Shown: positions 9,824 to 19,784, numbered from the stretch's first letter. The stretch is DNA of 64,000 bases from Thermodesulfobacteriota bacterium (GCA_964291405.2 OZ219926.1:3712001-3776000); one strand, 5' to 3'. Notes: a model not told the origin generated them from the sequence alone. Numbers and translations: made by a program.

Positions 9824-10657
9824 CTACGCCTCAGGTGGAAAGAAAACCAGCGTCCGCGTCTCAATGCTCTCCCGAGCCGGTGCGTCCGATGGAGACATCG
9901 GGTCTTCAAACGCCGAATGCGCGGTGAAACGCGCCCGCCCATCAGTGGCCGAGTCATAGCACTTGAGCAGCATGGCCTCATTGCGCTCCATCTGCGGGAA
10001 ATAAAACCAGCGGTGGTTGGGGTTATGGGAGACCGAATAGACCTCACCGGTCCGGTCTTCGTATTTCAGGTCGGTTTCGTTAAAGTCGTCCTGCGTCATG
10101 CTGGCGGCATCGCATACGGCCAGCGGAGCGTCCTGCACCGGGCCGCGGATCGGTCTCCAGACATTGATGACGGCAAAGCGATGTTGCAACCGCTCTTCGG
10201 CTTCTTCGGCCGGTAGCAGGTCGCGTACTCGCTGCGGACCGGACTGAAGAGTATAATCGTTGTGGGCAAACTTGACTGGCTCGCGGGCGCCATTCTCGCC
10301 ACGAGCGCACATCGGAGCGCAGCGCACGTTATGATCGAAGACGTGGACCTTCTCGGCACCGGTCATTTTTTTGATCAGCTCGACAACCTCAGGATAATAG
10401 ACTGCTTTGACTTCTTCGGCGTCATAAAAGTTTTCGACCGCGGTTTCATGCTGCGTAAAGGTGATGCCCTGCTTATCGAGCGAGATTTCGTCGAGGTGCT
10501 CGCGGGCATTCTGAATCGCCATCGTGTGTTTAACCTGGGTGGTATTCCGCTGGGGGACACCGGTGGGCGGGGTACACAGGTAATAGGTCGGTTTCTCTTG
10601 CCGGTCTTCAACCTTGAGATAACTCATTGGAGCGTTGACGTGCGATGCTGCTTTCAT
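9824..10657 (-). CDS. CmcJ/NvfI-family oxidoreductase (2OG/Fe-type)
   Basis: FDHNVR, FAHNDYT, INVWRPI, PLAVCDA, HRWFYFP, LKCYDS, AHSAF, RESIETR. Confidence 0.85.
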   Translation of the reverse strand: MKAASHVNAPMSYLKVEDRQEKPTYYLCTPPTGVPQRNTTQVKHTMAIQNAREHLDEISLDKQGITFTQHETAVENFYDAEEVKAVYYPEVVELIKKMTGAEKVHVFDHNVRCAPMCARGENGAREPVKFAHNDYTLQSGPQRVRDLLPAEEAEERLQHRFAVINVWRPIRGPVQDAPLAVCDAASMTQDDFNETDLKYEDRTGEVYSVSHNPNHRWFYFPQMERNEAMLLKCYDSATDGRARFTAHSAFEDPMSPSDAPARESIETRTLVFFPPEA

Positions 10658-10763
10658 AGAGGCTCCTCCCTCACTTGTGCTCCTCAGTAGCGTAGCGACA
10701 CGATTATAGCGGTCTCGCTGCGCTTGTACAGTCGGCTTTCCCCAGAAAAACGAAGGAGGCCGT

Positions 10764-11336
10764 TTATCGAGGCAGTCCGTACGCCTCGCCACGGGCCAGG
10801 AATTCAGTCACATCATTGGCCATGAGGAGAATATCGTGCGTCTTGCCGGCCCGGTCTTTGACTTCGTCGCGTAAAATCGCTTCCGCCCGAAAGCCAAGCT
10901 CTTCGAACACGGTGCGGGCGCCGGTTTGATCCAGCGTCATACGCGCGGCGACTTTTTGGATCCCTAACGAGAGGGCGACGTTGAACGCCTCGCGGGTCAA
11001 CAAGCGGCCCAGGCCCATCTTGCGTGCGTCTGGGGCAATCAGCACCCGGATTTCAGCCACATGGCGCGACCAGTCAAAGTCATTCCGATACAGGGTGGCG
11101 TAGCCCAGGAGTTGGGTCTCGCTCTCCGCAAGCAGGGTATACATCTTTTCACTGGAGATATCGTGTAGCCAGCGGTCTATAGATGATTGTTTGGTAATAT
11201 CCCGGCGCAAAAACATCAGGTCGTGATAGGGGAGCTGTTGGGCAAAATCCAGCATTAACGGCCCATCGTCCGCACCCATCATCCGCAGGCTCAGGGCTGT
11301 ACCTTTGACTTCAACGGTTTTGGGAAAGCCTTCCAC
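10764..11336 (-). CDS. GNAT-family N-acetyltransferase
   Basis: RHVAEIRVLIAPDARKMGLG acetyl-CoA motif, FEELGFRAE; GTG start with GAGGAG RBS; downstream of phaC. Confidence 0.85.
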   Translation of the reverse strand: MEGFPKTVEVKGTALSLRMMGADDGPLMLDFAQQLPYHDLMFLRRDITKQSSIDRWLHDISSEKMYTLLAESETQLLGYATLYRNDFDWSRHVAEIRVLIAPDARKMGLGRLLTREAFNVALSLGIQKVAARMTLDQTGARTVFEELGFRAEAILRDEVKDRAGKTHDILLMANDVTEFLARGEAYGLPR

Positions 11337-11367
11337 GCTATTCTCCTCTTTCTGTGTGATCGCTCTC

Positions 11368-12450
11368 TCAGACCGAACGCCGTGACAGCCATGTATCCAA
11401 CTTTGGCCACAGGCGATAGATGGCGTTCCCCCCAGCGACCAGGCTGACATGGCCGCCCTTGAGAACAATTTCAGACTTGTCTGGACTGCCTACCAGCTTT
11501 ACCAGGTCCTGCGAGGCGGCCGAAGGAACGATATGGTCGTGCTGGGCCGCAACGTGCAGAAAGGGAACAATGATGTTCCCCAGGTCGACCCTGCGACCGT
11601 CCAACTCAAACGTCTTCCGCACGAGCTTATTCTCGCGCATAAAGTCGTTGACCAACTGGCGGGCGGTTTCCCCCGGAAAGGGAATATGATCCGCGGCCCA
11701 GCGGTCAAAACGCAGGTGGGCGGTGACAAAGGATTCGTTTTGGGCGTTGTCGAGCAGCTTCATCTGGCCGGCGCTTTTCTGAAACGGTCGCAGCATCTGG
11801 ATCGAGGCGTCCATCAGCTCCGAGGGGATATTGCCCAGACTATCGATCAGCCGGTCGAGATCAAAATGCGCCGGGTCGGTCCAGGTGCGGTAGAGCGACA
11901 TGCCGTCCGAGTTCACCGGCGTAGTAAAACACACCAGATTTTTGAGCGGACCGTCGGGATACAGGGCCGCGTACAGCGCCGCCAGAACTCCACCCAGGCA
12001 ATAGCCGATCATAGACACGTCGGGCTCTCCCGAATCTTCGCCCACCATCGCTACGCACTCGGGGATGAAATCGGTCACATAGTCGTCCAGTTTGAGATGT
12101 TTATGTTCACGTCGCGGCACCCCCCAGTCGATCAGATACACGTCAAAACCCTGGAGTAGCAGATATTCGATAAGACTCTGACCTTTGGCCAGGTCGAGAA
12201 TATAGGGCCGGCTGACCAGGGACATGACGAGCAAGACCGGAACCCGATACACCTCGGGGCTGAGGGGACGATAGTGGTAGAGCTTCATCGTGCCGCGTGA
12301 GTGTATGACATCTTTCGGGGTCGGCCCAACCTCAAGGTCTAGTTCGAGTGGGGCCGGCAGGTCCGGGACGTTGCGCTGAATGGCACGGTCAACTGTTTCC
12401 CGCGCCTTTGTTGCAACGTCTTCGTGTGACAGTTGTTGGGTCTGTTGCAT
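11368..12450 (-). CDS. phaC: Polyhydroxyalkanoate synthase subunit PhaC (class III/IV type)
   Basis: GPTPKDVI, LYHY, PYILDL, DVYLIDWG, GYCLGG catalytic Cys box, DHIVP, GGHVSL. Confidence 0.88.
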   Translation of the reverse strand: MQQTQQLSHEDVATKARETVDRAIQRNVPDLPAPLELDLEVGPTPKDVIHSRGTMKLYHYRPLSPEVYRVPVLLVMSLVSRPYILDLAKGQSLIEYLLLQGFDVYLIDWGVPRREHKHLKLDDYVTDFIPECVAMVGEDSGEPDVSMIGYCLGGVLAALYAALYPDGPLKNLVCFTTPVNSDGMSLYRTWTDPAHFDLDRLIDSLGNIPSELMDASIQMLRPFQKSAGQMKLLDNAQNESFVTAHLRFDRWAADHIPFPGETARQLVNDFMRENKLVRKTFELDGRRVDLGNIIVPFLHVAAQHDHIVPSAASQDLVKLVGSPDKSEIVLKGGHVSLVAGGNAIYRLWPKLDTWLSRRSV

Positions 12451-12455
12451 GGGCT

Positions 12456-12860
12456 CTAATCCCTTTCTTCAGCGGACTCCTTGGGCTGTTTAGTGCGTTT
12501 CGGACGGATGGGCGCGTCGTCCGCAGCCCCGCCCTCATATTCCGCCAGCAAGCGGCGCAGATGCCGGACCTCCACCTGGAGTCCGGCCACGTTATCTTCG
12601 AGTTCGCCGACCCGGTCGCTCAGTGCGATAATATCCGTGCGGGACGGGAGGTTGAGGGCGGCCAAGTATTGGGCCATGGATTCGGTAAACATGCGGTGCA
12701 GATGCATCGCTTCTTGGACATACTTGCCCGTGGATTGGGCAAACTGATCATTGCCCAGGATGCCCGACAGCGCGTCGCTCCATTGCTTCTCTGACTTTTG
12801 GTACCATTCGCGCCAAGTCCGGAGCGGATCGAAATTTTGCGTGTCTTCAGTTTTGTCCAT
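12456..12860 (-). CDS. phaE: PHA synthase accessory subunit (short PhaE/PhaR-like coiled-coil protein)
   Basis: DPLRTWREWY, YLAALNLPSRTDIIALSDRVGELE; ends 5 nt before phaC. Confidence 0.7.
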   Translation of the reverse strand: MDKTEDTQNFDPLRTWREWYQKSEKQWSDALSGILGNDQFAQSTGKYVQEAMHLHRMFTESMAQYLAALNLPSRTDIIALSDRVGELEDNVAGLQVEVRHLRRLLAEYEGGAADDAPIRPKRTKQPKESAEERD

Positions 12861-13154
12861 GCGAACGCTCTCCTTTACGGGCTGATTGGAGGGAGGAGGG
12901 AAAGAGAAGTGGAGGTCAATACTGATTTCAGCGGCCACGATAGGAGGCGTGGCAAGGATGCACAAGGCGATGGGTGTCACATAGGTGACGGAAAGCGCCA
13001 TTTCTCCCAATAATTCGATGTTTTTGTTACGTGCGTGACAAACCGTGCTGGACTCGACGCGCGGGAAGTCCAACGGCGGTGACGTGCGGACGACGAGCGC
13101 GGGAACATGTGGTAGAGTCGAAAGCCTGCTTCGAGAGCGAGCCTGGCAGACGCA

Positions 13155-15740
13155 ATGGCCAAAAAGAATACATCTCACTCTTCCCCATCTGCCGTACGAA
13201 CGGCAACCGACATGATGGAGCAGTACTGGCAGGTCAAGGAACAGTACAAAGAGGAACTGCTGTTCTACCGTTTCGGCGATTTCTACGAGATGTTTTTTGA
13301 CGATGCGGCAGTCGCGGCACGTGAATTGGACATCGTGCTGACTGCTCGCGCGCACGGAAAAGGCAGCGAAAAGGTCCCCATGTGCGGGGTGCCGCATTAC
13401 CGCCTGGAGCCGTATCTCACCCGGCTGGTCGAGAAGGGCTATAAGGTGGCGGTGTGTGAACAGCTTGAGGAATCCCACAAGGGAAAAGGGATTATTCCGC
13501 GCGATGTTGTTCGCATAGTCACACCGGGGACGTTGTTTGAATCCGAGAGTCGGGAACGAACGCTGGTTGCCGTGTTGTCCGAGAAAGATGCGGTCGGCGT
13601 CGCCAGTCTGGACCTGGCGACGGCCGAATTTCTGGTTGCCGAAACAAACGTCTCTGATTTGCCCAGCCTGCTGGAGAACCTCCAACCACAAGAATTGGTC
13701 TGTGGGGCGGGCGAGTCTTGCGACGCGGGTTGGGGTCGTCAGATCTGCCGCACCGAACGCCCGGCCGAGGCGTTTCGCTTTGAGCGGGTACGTACAGTCC
13801 TCAGCAAGCAGTTTGGTCGCAAGCGCATTGACGCTCTCGTTTTCTCCCATCGGCGTGCTCTGTGCGCAGCCGGGGCGTTATTCGCCTATGCGCGGGAAAC
13901 GCAGCGTGCGTTTCTACCCCATATCCGTGCGCCTGAGCCGTATCGGCACGATGCCTTTGTCGTGCTCGACCCGCAGACACAGCGCAACCTTGAACTGGTA
14001 GAAAATGTATTTGAGGGCTCGGCCGAGGGAACCGTGCTGGCCGTGCTGGACCACACCACCACCCGGATGGGTAAGCGGCGCTTGCGACACTGGGTGCTGC
14101 ACCCTCTGCGCGCGGTCGATGATATTCACACCCGACAGGAAGCGGTTGGCGAACTGAGCTGCCGACATGATGTGCGGACAGAGTTGCGGCGTGTCCTCTC
14201 CGGCCTGCCGGACCTCGAACGTCTGACTTCACGCATTACGTCCGCGATTGCCAACCCGCGGGACTTGGCCGCTCTGAGATCTGCCTTGGTTCGTCTGCCT
14301 GACCTCCACGCCACCCTGACCAGGGTCGGAAGCCGTCTGCTCACAACGTATTGTGAAGCAATCGATCTGCTCGACGATGTGACCGCCGAGATTGCGCGCA
14401 CCCTTCTCGACGAGCCGAAACCCACGGCCAAAGAGGGTGGGCTGATTCGGGCCGGCGTCTCTGCCGACCTGGACGAACTGCGGGCGATTCAGACCAATGG
14501 AACGGGCTGGCTGGCCGAGTATGAACAGCAAGAGCGGGAACGCGCTCAGATTCCCAACCTCAAGGTCGGTTTCAACAAGGTCTTCGGGTATTACGTGGAA
14601 GTCACCAAGTCTGCACTGAGCCGTGTTCCCAAGAACTACATTCGCCGTCAAACTCTGGTCAACGCCGAACGCTTTGTCACGGATGAACTGCGCGCCTTTG
14701 AATCCACGGTTTTGTCCGCGACAGACCGGGGCAATCAATTAGAGTATGCCCTCTTTACCCGACTCAGACAGCAGGTCGCCGCCCAGGCCGAGCGGCTGCG
14801 ACGCACTGCGACCACCCTCGGTATCCTCGACGCGCTGATTTCACTGGCGGAGTTAGCCGCGAAGAAGGGATGGATTCGTCCCGACGTCACCGACGAGTAC
14901 GAGCTGCTCATAGAAGAGGGCCGGCATCCGGTCCTTGATACGCGTAACGCGCAGTTCGTGCCGAACGACCTGCGCTTGGATGCCAGCCGGCACGTCCTGA
15001 TCATCACTGGTCCCAATGCCGCTGGAAAAAGCACCTATGCGCGTCAGGCGGCTCTACTCGTCCTGCTGGCCCAAATGGGGAGTTTCATTCCTGCCCAGTC
15101 TGCCACCATTGGGGCTGTAGACCGTATTTTTACGCGGGTCGGCGCGGCGGATTTTCTGGCGCAAGGGTTATCGACCTTTATGGTCGAAATGATGGAGACG
15201 GCGAACATCCTGAAGCATGCAACCGAGCGGAGTCTGGTCATTCTCGACGAAGTCGGCCGGGGAACCGGTACGACGGATGGCCGTGCCCTGGCTCAGGCGG
15301 TTGCCGAAAAGCTCGCTACCCAGGTTCGGGCCAAGACCCTGTTTACTACTCATTATCACGAACTGGCGCCGATCGCAGACGCTTTGCCCGGAGTGGCCAA
15401 CGCCCGGCTTGAGGTTCGCGAGAACCGGGACGAAGTAAGTTTTCTCTATAAGGTTGTGCCGGGGGCGGCCCAAAAGAGTTACGGCCTGTATGTCGCCAAA
15501 CTTGCCGGACTGCCCCCCGATGTGGTCGAGCGGGCCGAGACGTTATTAGCCGAATTTGAAGCGGGACAGCCACCCTCCGATAGTCGGCGGCAAAGCGTGG
15601 AACGGCCCCAAGCACCCGGCGAGCAGGCCGTTGTATCCCGTCTCGCCCAGATTGACCCCCTGCGGACCACGCCGATTGAGGCGCTGCTGTTGATTGCCGA
15701 ATTGAAGCAAATGGCTGAGGGGAGAGAGGGTAAGGCGTAG
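13155..15740 (+). CDS. mutS: DNA mismatch repair protein MutS
   Basis: MMEQY, FYRFGDFYEMF, PMCGVP, VTPGT, TGPNAAGKSTY, IFTRVGA, STFMVEM, DEVGRGT, FTTHYHEL, SYGLYVAKLAGLP. Confidence 0.97.
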   Translation: MAKKNTSHSSPSAVRTATDMMEQYWQVKEQYKEELLFYRFGDFYEMFFDDAAVAARELDIVLTARAHGKGSEKVPMCGVPHYRLEPYLTRLVEKGYKVAVCEQLEESHKGKGIIPRDVVRIVTPGTLFESESRERTLVAVLSEKDAVGVASLDLATAEFLVAETNVSDLPSLLENLQPQELVCGAGESCDAGWGRQICRTERPAEAFRFERVRTVLSKQFGRKRIDALVFSHRRALCAAGALFAYARETQRAFLPHIRAPEPYRHDAFVVLDPQTQRNLELVENVFEGSAEGTVLAVLDHTTTRMGKRRLRHWVLHPLRAVDDIHTRQEAVGELSCRHDVRTELRRVLSGLPDLERLTSRITSAIANPRDLAALRSALVRLPDLHATLTRVGSRLLTTYCEAIDLLDDVTAEIARTLLDEPKPTAKEGGLIRAGVSADLDELRAIQTNGTGWLAEYEQQERERAQIPNLKVGFNKVFGYYVEVTKSALSRVPKNYIRRQTLVNAERFVTDELRAFESTVLSATDRGNQLEYALFTRLRQQVAAQAERLRRTATTLGILDALISLAELAAKKGWIRPDVTDEYELLIEEGRHPVLDTRNAQFVPNDLRLDASRHVLIITGPNAAGKSTYARQAALLVLLAQMGSFIPAQSATIGAVDRIFTRVGAADFLAQGLSTFMVEMMETANILKHATERSLVILDEVGRGTGTTDGRALAQAVAEKLATQVRAKTLFTTHYHELAPIADALPGVANARLEVRENRDEVSFLYKVVPGAAQKSYGLYVAKLAGLPPDVVERAETLLAEFEAGQPPSDSRRQSVERPQAPGEQAVVSRLAQIDPLRTTPIEALLLIAELKQMAEGREGKA

Positions 15741-15805
15741 GGGTCGTACACCGAGACTCTCGACAAGTGAAGCCTCGCCTTGCTGCCATACGGACATCCC
15801 TAGCC

Positions 15806-17392
15806 ATGCCCATTCGTATCCTTCCTCCTGACGTCCAGCAAAAGATCGCCGCCGGTGAGGTGGTGGAACGCCCGGCCAGCGTTGTCAAAGAACTCATGGA
15901 GAACGCCCTGGATGCTGGAGCGCAGACTATCAGGGTGGAGGTCGAGGAGGCTGGACGACGGCTGATTCGTGTCACCGACGATGGTGCAGGCTTGGCCGCG
16001 GACGAAGTCGCGCTCGCGTGTGAACGCTTTGCTACCAGCAAGATTCAGCACGACCATGACCTGACCCGCGTCCAGACCTTTGGCTTTCGCGGAGAGGCCT
16101 TACCCAGCATTGCCGCGATCTCACGGCTGCGGATTCTGAGTCGTCCCACAAGCACGTCATTGGGAGTGGAAGTCAAAAGTGAGGGCGGCAAACTGAGTCC
16201 CGTTCAGGAGGCCGGAGCGCCGGCTGGAACCTGTGTTGAGGTCTCTGACCTGTTTTACAATACGCCGGCTCGCTTGCAGTTTATGCGTAGTTTGCGGACT
16301 GAGTACGGCCACATCATGGGCGTGTTCACACGCTTTGCCCTAGCCTTCCCGGAGAAAACCCTCTCACTGTCGTTTGATGGACGCGAGGTCTACAACTTTC
16401 CGTCCGTTCCGTTCCAGGAGCGGGTTGCTGCCTGCTTTGGCGTTGAGACCGCCTCCCGCCTGGAGGAGTTTGAGAATACGGGTCTGAACGGCCGTGTCTG
16501 GGGATTTCTGGTGACACAGGAGGAAGCCTGGCGCCGCCGCTACTACTTTTTTGTGAATAGGCGGGCCGTGCGTAACGCCACCCTGTATCGGGTCGTGCGT
16601 GACACCCTCGGCAACGACGGCGGCATGGTGTGCCTGTTCGTCGAACTGCACCCCTCCCAACTGAACGTAAATATCCATCCCGCCAAGACCGAGGTGCGCT
16701 TTCGAGATGACCCAAGTGTGTATGATCTGGTTCGAGGTGGTCTCCAACGCCGTTCCGCACCAAGCTGGCTTTCGGCTTCGCAGGTTGCTGAAGACGGGGC
16801 GCCGTATGGGGAAGAACAGAGCACTGGCTTCTCTCCGGTCGGCCAGGTAGAAACCACCTTCCTGCTGACTTTATCCGAAGGACATTTGTATCTGCTGGAT
16901 CAACACGCTGCCGAAGAACGCGTGCTGTACGAACGGCTTCAAAATGGTGAGGTTCAGAGCCGGCCCCTCATCTCGCCTCAAGTCGTCCAACTTTCAGCCG
17001 AAGAACATGCTTTCTTTGATGAGCAGGCTGAAGCATTTGCCGCGTGTGGTTTCAGCGCCGAACTCTTTGGCCCGCATGTGCTGGCTCTCCGTGCGATTCC
17101 TGAATTTCTTGACCCGAGAACGTCGGGGCTGACCTTCTCCCGTCTGGTCACGCGTGTGCGCACTCAAAAAGAAGAGCTGCATCAAGCCCTCTCCTGTCTC
17201 GGCGCGATCAAAGCCGGCCAGGTACTCGACCGTGAAGCGCAAGGCCGACTCCTCGACGCTTGGACCCAAACGGCCAACCCCCACGCCTGCGCCCATAACC
17301 GCCCGGTGTATTTCCGTCTATCACTCGACGAAGTAAGGCGAAAAGTTGGCCGAACAGGCTTGGGTTGTGGGTTTGAGAAGGAAAGCGACTAA
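15806..17392 (+). CDS. mutL: DNA mismatch repair endonuclease MutL (compact, about 528 aa)
   Basis: IAAGEVVERPASVVKELMENALDAGA, TSKI, FGFRGEALPSI, LFYNTPAR, NIHPAKTEVRF, DQHAAEERVLYE endonuclease motif, CAHNRP. Confidence 0.95.
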   Translation: MPIRILPPDVQQKIAAGEVVERPASVVKELMENALDAGAQTIRVEVEEAGRRLIRVTDDGAGLAADEVALACERFATSKIQHDHDLTRVQTFGFRGEALPSIAAISRLRILSRPTSTSLGVEVKSEGGKLSPVQEAGAPAGTCVEVSDLFYNTPARLQFMRSLRTEYGHIMGVFTRFALAFPEKTLSLSFDGREVYNFPSVPFQERVAACFGVETASRLEEFENTGLNGRVWGFLVTQEEAWRRRYYFFVNRRAVRNATLYRVVRDTLGNDGGMVCLFVELHPSQLNVNIHPAKTEVRFRDDPSVYDLVRGGLQRRSAPSWLSASQVAEDGAPYGEEQSTGFSPVGQVETTFLLTLSEGHLYLLDQHAAEERVLYERLQNGEVQSRPLISPQVVQLSAEEHAFFDEQAEAFAACGFSAELFGPHVLALRAIPEFLDPRTSGLTFSRLVTRVRTQKEELHQALSCLGAIKAGQVLDREAQGRLLDAWTQTANPHACAHNRPVYFRLSLDEVRRKVGRTGLGCGFEKESD

Positions 17393-17459
17393 TTTTAAGG
17401 CTGTCGTAGCAGGGCTGAGCGAGTGGGCGTTTAAGGAAGTGGGACAAATGAGACCCGCC

Positions 17460-17897
17460 TCAAGGGAGATGTTCAAGGTCGTCTAGGTCCTTAAACTCTC
17501 CAATTGCTCGCTTATTCTTTTTCAAGTGTTGCAGGCTAATGAGAGCGACTTCTACCCCATCTAATGTGTCGATAATGCGCTCTGAGTAACACTCTTCAAA
17601 ATCCATCCCTGATATGGAAGTCAGGATCTCGATACGCATCGAGGGTTTCACGATCTTTTTTTCCTGTAAAAGAAATTCTTCTGAAAGACGTGGAGGCGCA
17701 AATCCGAACTCTTGTAAGGCCGTCACAATTTTGGTGGCGTTTTCTGGAGTACGCGCAATCCAGATATCGAGGTCATCGGTCGGTCGTGAATATCCATGAT
17801 ATACGACTGCATAACCGCCAATGAGCAGATACTCACAATTGTGAGAGTTGAACAATTTCAAGAACTCTTTGAACTCGGGCGGTAGTGCAATCTCCAT
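17460..17897 (-). CDS. Nucleotidyltransferase-family protein (TA-associated type)
   Basis: YLLIGGYAVVYHGYSRPTDDLDIWI, LKKNKRAIG..KDLDDLEHL. Confidence 0.8.
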   Translation of the reverse strand: MEIALPPEFKEFLKLFNSHNCEYLLIGGYAVVYHGYSRPTDDLDIWIARTPENATKIVTALQEFGFAPPRLSEEFLLQEKKIVKPSMRIEILTSISGMDFEECYSERIIDTLDGVEVALISLQHLKKNKRAIGEFKDLDDLEHLP

Positions 17898-17950
17898 AAT
17901 TAATCTGGCGGAACGCTTCTGACATGCTGTAGTCGCTCATGAGGAGAGTG
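17839..17950 (-). pseudogene. Frameshifted remnant of the small partner gene that usually overlaps this nucleotidyltransferase
   Basis: Minus strand reads SPHERLQHV, then after removing one extra A, EAFRQINYGDCTTARVQRVLEIVQLSQL*; no intact 5' end; boundaries approximate. Confidence 0.5.
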
Positions 17951-18074
17951 GGAGTTCTCCTCTAACGAGAAAGCTACCTCTAGCTCTTTGACTGATCGGC
18001 ACCGGCTGAAGGCAATGCGGCTCGCTTTACGCCAGCTCAGCAATTCGGCATATGCCGAACCTGAATCAACACCC

Positions 18075-19082
18075 TCACCCCATCCGCTTGGGATCGGGCT
18101 GCATATGGCCCAGAATCGGGTGCGGCCGGTAGGGCTCTTCCAGGGTGGCCACTTCTTCCGGACTGAGCTTGATATCGACCGTCTCAAAGATTTCCTTGAG
18201 ATGATGCGTCTTGGTCGCACCAATGATGGGGGAGACCACTCCGGGTGCCTGGAGAACCCAGGCGCAGGCAATCTGAGTCGGTGACACGCCGCGTTCTTGG
18301 GCGACTTTCCCTACGGCGGTGGCCACTTCCTCGTCGCTGTCGTTGAAATACATCCGGCGTGTCATCGGATCGGTTTGCGCCCGCTTGGTCGGACCTTCTC
18401 CCTCTACTTTCGTGCGGTTGCCGGCAAAATAGCCGCGCGCGAGCGGACTCCACGGAATCAGCGCGACACCCTGGTCTATGCACAACGGGTTCATTTCGCG
18501 CTCTTCTTCGCGGTAGATCAGGTTATAGTGGTTCTGCATGGCGACAAACCGATGCCAGCCGTGCTCTTTGGCCGCGTAGAGCGCCTTGGAGAACTGCCAG
18601 GCGGCCATGCTGCTGGCTCCGAGGTAGCGCACCTTGCCGGCGCGGACGAGGCTATCAAGCGCTTCGAGCGTTTCTTCAATCGGCGTGGAAAAGTCCCAGC
18701 GGTGAATCTGGTACAGGTCGATATAGTCCATTTTAAGGCGGCGTAGAGAATGTTCACAGGCTTCGATGATGTGTTTACGGCTCAACCCCCGTCGGTTCGG
18801 GCCATCGCCCATGGGCCCGTTGACCTTGGTCGCCAGGACGATATCGTCGCGTGAAGCCATCTCACCCAGCCATTTGCCGGTGATCTCCTCGCTCACGCCA
18901 ATCGAGTAGACATCTGCGGTATCAAAAAAGGTAATGCCCGATTCAAGGGCGAGCGCGAAGTGTTCTCGCGCCGCGTCTTCCCCGATGGTCCACTTGCGCC
19001 ATTTGCCGTCCCCGTAGCTCATACACCCCATGCAGATGCGCGAAACCGTCATGCCCGTATTCCCAAGCTTTGCATACTCCAT
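18075..19082 (-). CDS. Aldo/keto reductase
   Basis: LGNTGMTVSRICMGCM, FFDTADVYS, ATKV, DYIDLYQIHRWD, GKVRYLGASS, MQNHYNL, PWSPLARG, PIIGATK. Confidence 0.95.
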   Translation of the reverse strand: MEYAKLGNTGMTVSRICMGCMSYGDGKWRKWTIGEDAAREHFALALESGITFFDTADVYSIGVSEEITGKWLGEMASRDDIVLATKVNGPMGDGPNRRGLSRKHIIEACEHSLRRLKMDYIDLYQIHRWDFSTPIEETLEALDSLVRAGKVRYLGASSMAAWQFSKALYAAKEHGWHRFVAMQNHYNLIYREEEREMNPLCIDQGVALIPWSPLARGYFAGNRTKVEGEGPTKRAQTDPMTRRMYFNDSDEEVATAVGKVAQERGVSPTQIACAWVLQAPGVVSPIIGATKTHHLKEIFETVDIKLSPEEVATLEEPYRPHPILGHMQPDPKRMG

Positions 19083-19210
19083 GCTTTCTCCAATCTGGTT
19101 TTGACTCCTGTTACACTTGTCCACGGTGCGTCTTCTGTCAAGCGGACGAAAGAGCCAGGGGGTAGTCAGGATTTGCAGGAAGCCAATATCCTGTTAGGAA
19201 AATTATCGAG

Positions 19211-19534
19211 ATGGCCGTTGAGATGAAAAGTATAGAGGAGCTGGCTGCTCGAATTGTGCGAGAATTCCGGCCAGAGCGAGTGATCTTATTTGGATCGCAC
19301 GCGTACGGAACACCTACGGCTCAGTCAGATGTGGACCTGCTCGTCGTCCTCCGCCATGAGGGGAAAGGAACTCGCAAGGCCGTGGAGATACTCAATGCGA
19401 TCAATCCTACGATTCCCGTCGACTTACTCGTCCACACTCCGGAGCGGCTTACTCGACGTCTGGCTCAGCATGACTTTTTTCTCCAGGAGGTGATGGAGAA
19501 AGGGCGCGTTCTGTATGAAGCCTCTCACCCGTGA
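19211..19534 (+). CDS. MNT (minimal nucleotidyltransferase) antitoxin
   Basis: PERVILFGSHAYG...SDVDLLVV, VDLLVHTP, EKGRVLYE; overlaps the HEPN gene. Confidence 0.9.
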   Translation: MAVEMKSIEELAARIVREFRPERVILFGSHAYGTPTAQSDVDLLVVLRHEGKGTRKAVEILNAINPTIPVDLLVHTPERLTRRLAQHDFFLQEVMEKGRVLYEASHP

Positions 19535-19784
19535 ATGGGTGGAGAAAGCAGAAGGAGATTTTGCGACAGCTTCCCGTGAGCTGCGCGCGCGGAAGTCTCC
19601 AAACTACGATGCCGCGTGCTTCCATGCTCAACAATGTATAGAGAAATATCTCAAGGCCCGTCTTCAAGAGGCAGATATCGCCTTTGGGAGAACCCACAAT
19701 CTCAAAGAAGATGCCCGCGAGGCGTTGACTCTGTGCCGGACGGTACGCCGTCGGATTCGGTATGATTTGGGGATTGATCCATAG
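19515..19784 (+). pseudogene. HEPN-domain toxin with an in-frame internal deletion
   Basis: EWVEKAEGD, ACFHAQQCIEKYLKA, RTHNL joined directly to KEDAREAL; only 89 aa and the usual RYP segment is missing. Confidence 0.7.

Noticed and set aside
12861-13850. Long N-terminal extension of the 464-aa ORF containing phaE
   Set aside because: It overlaps mutS on the opposite strand; the real start is the ATG at 12860 with an AAGGAG RBS
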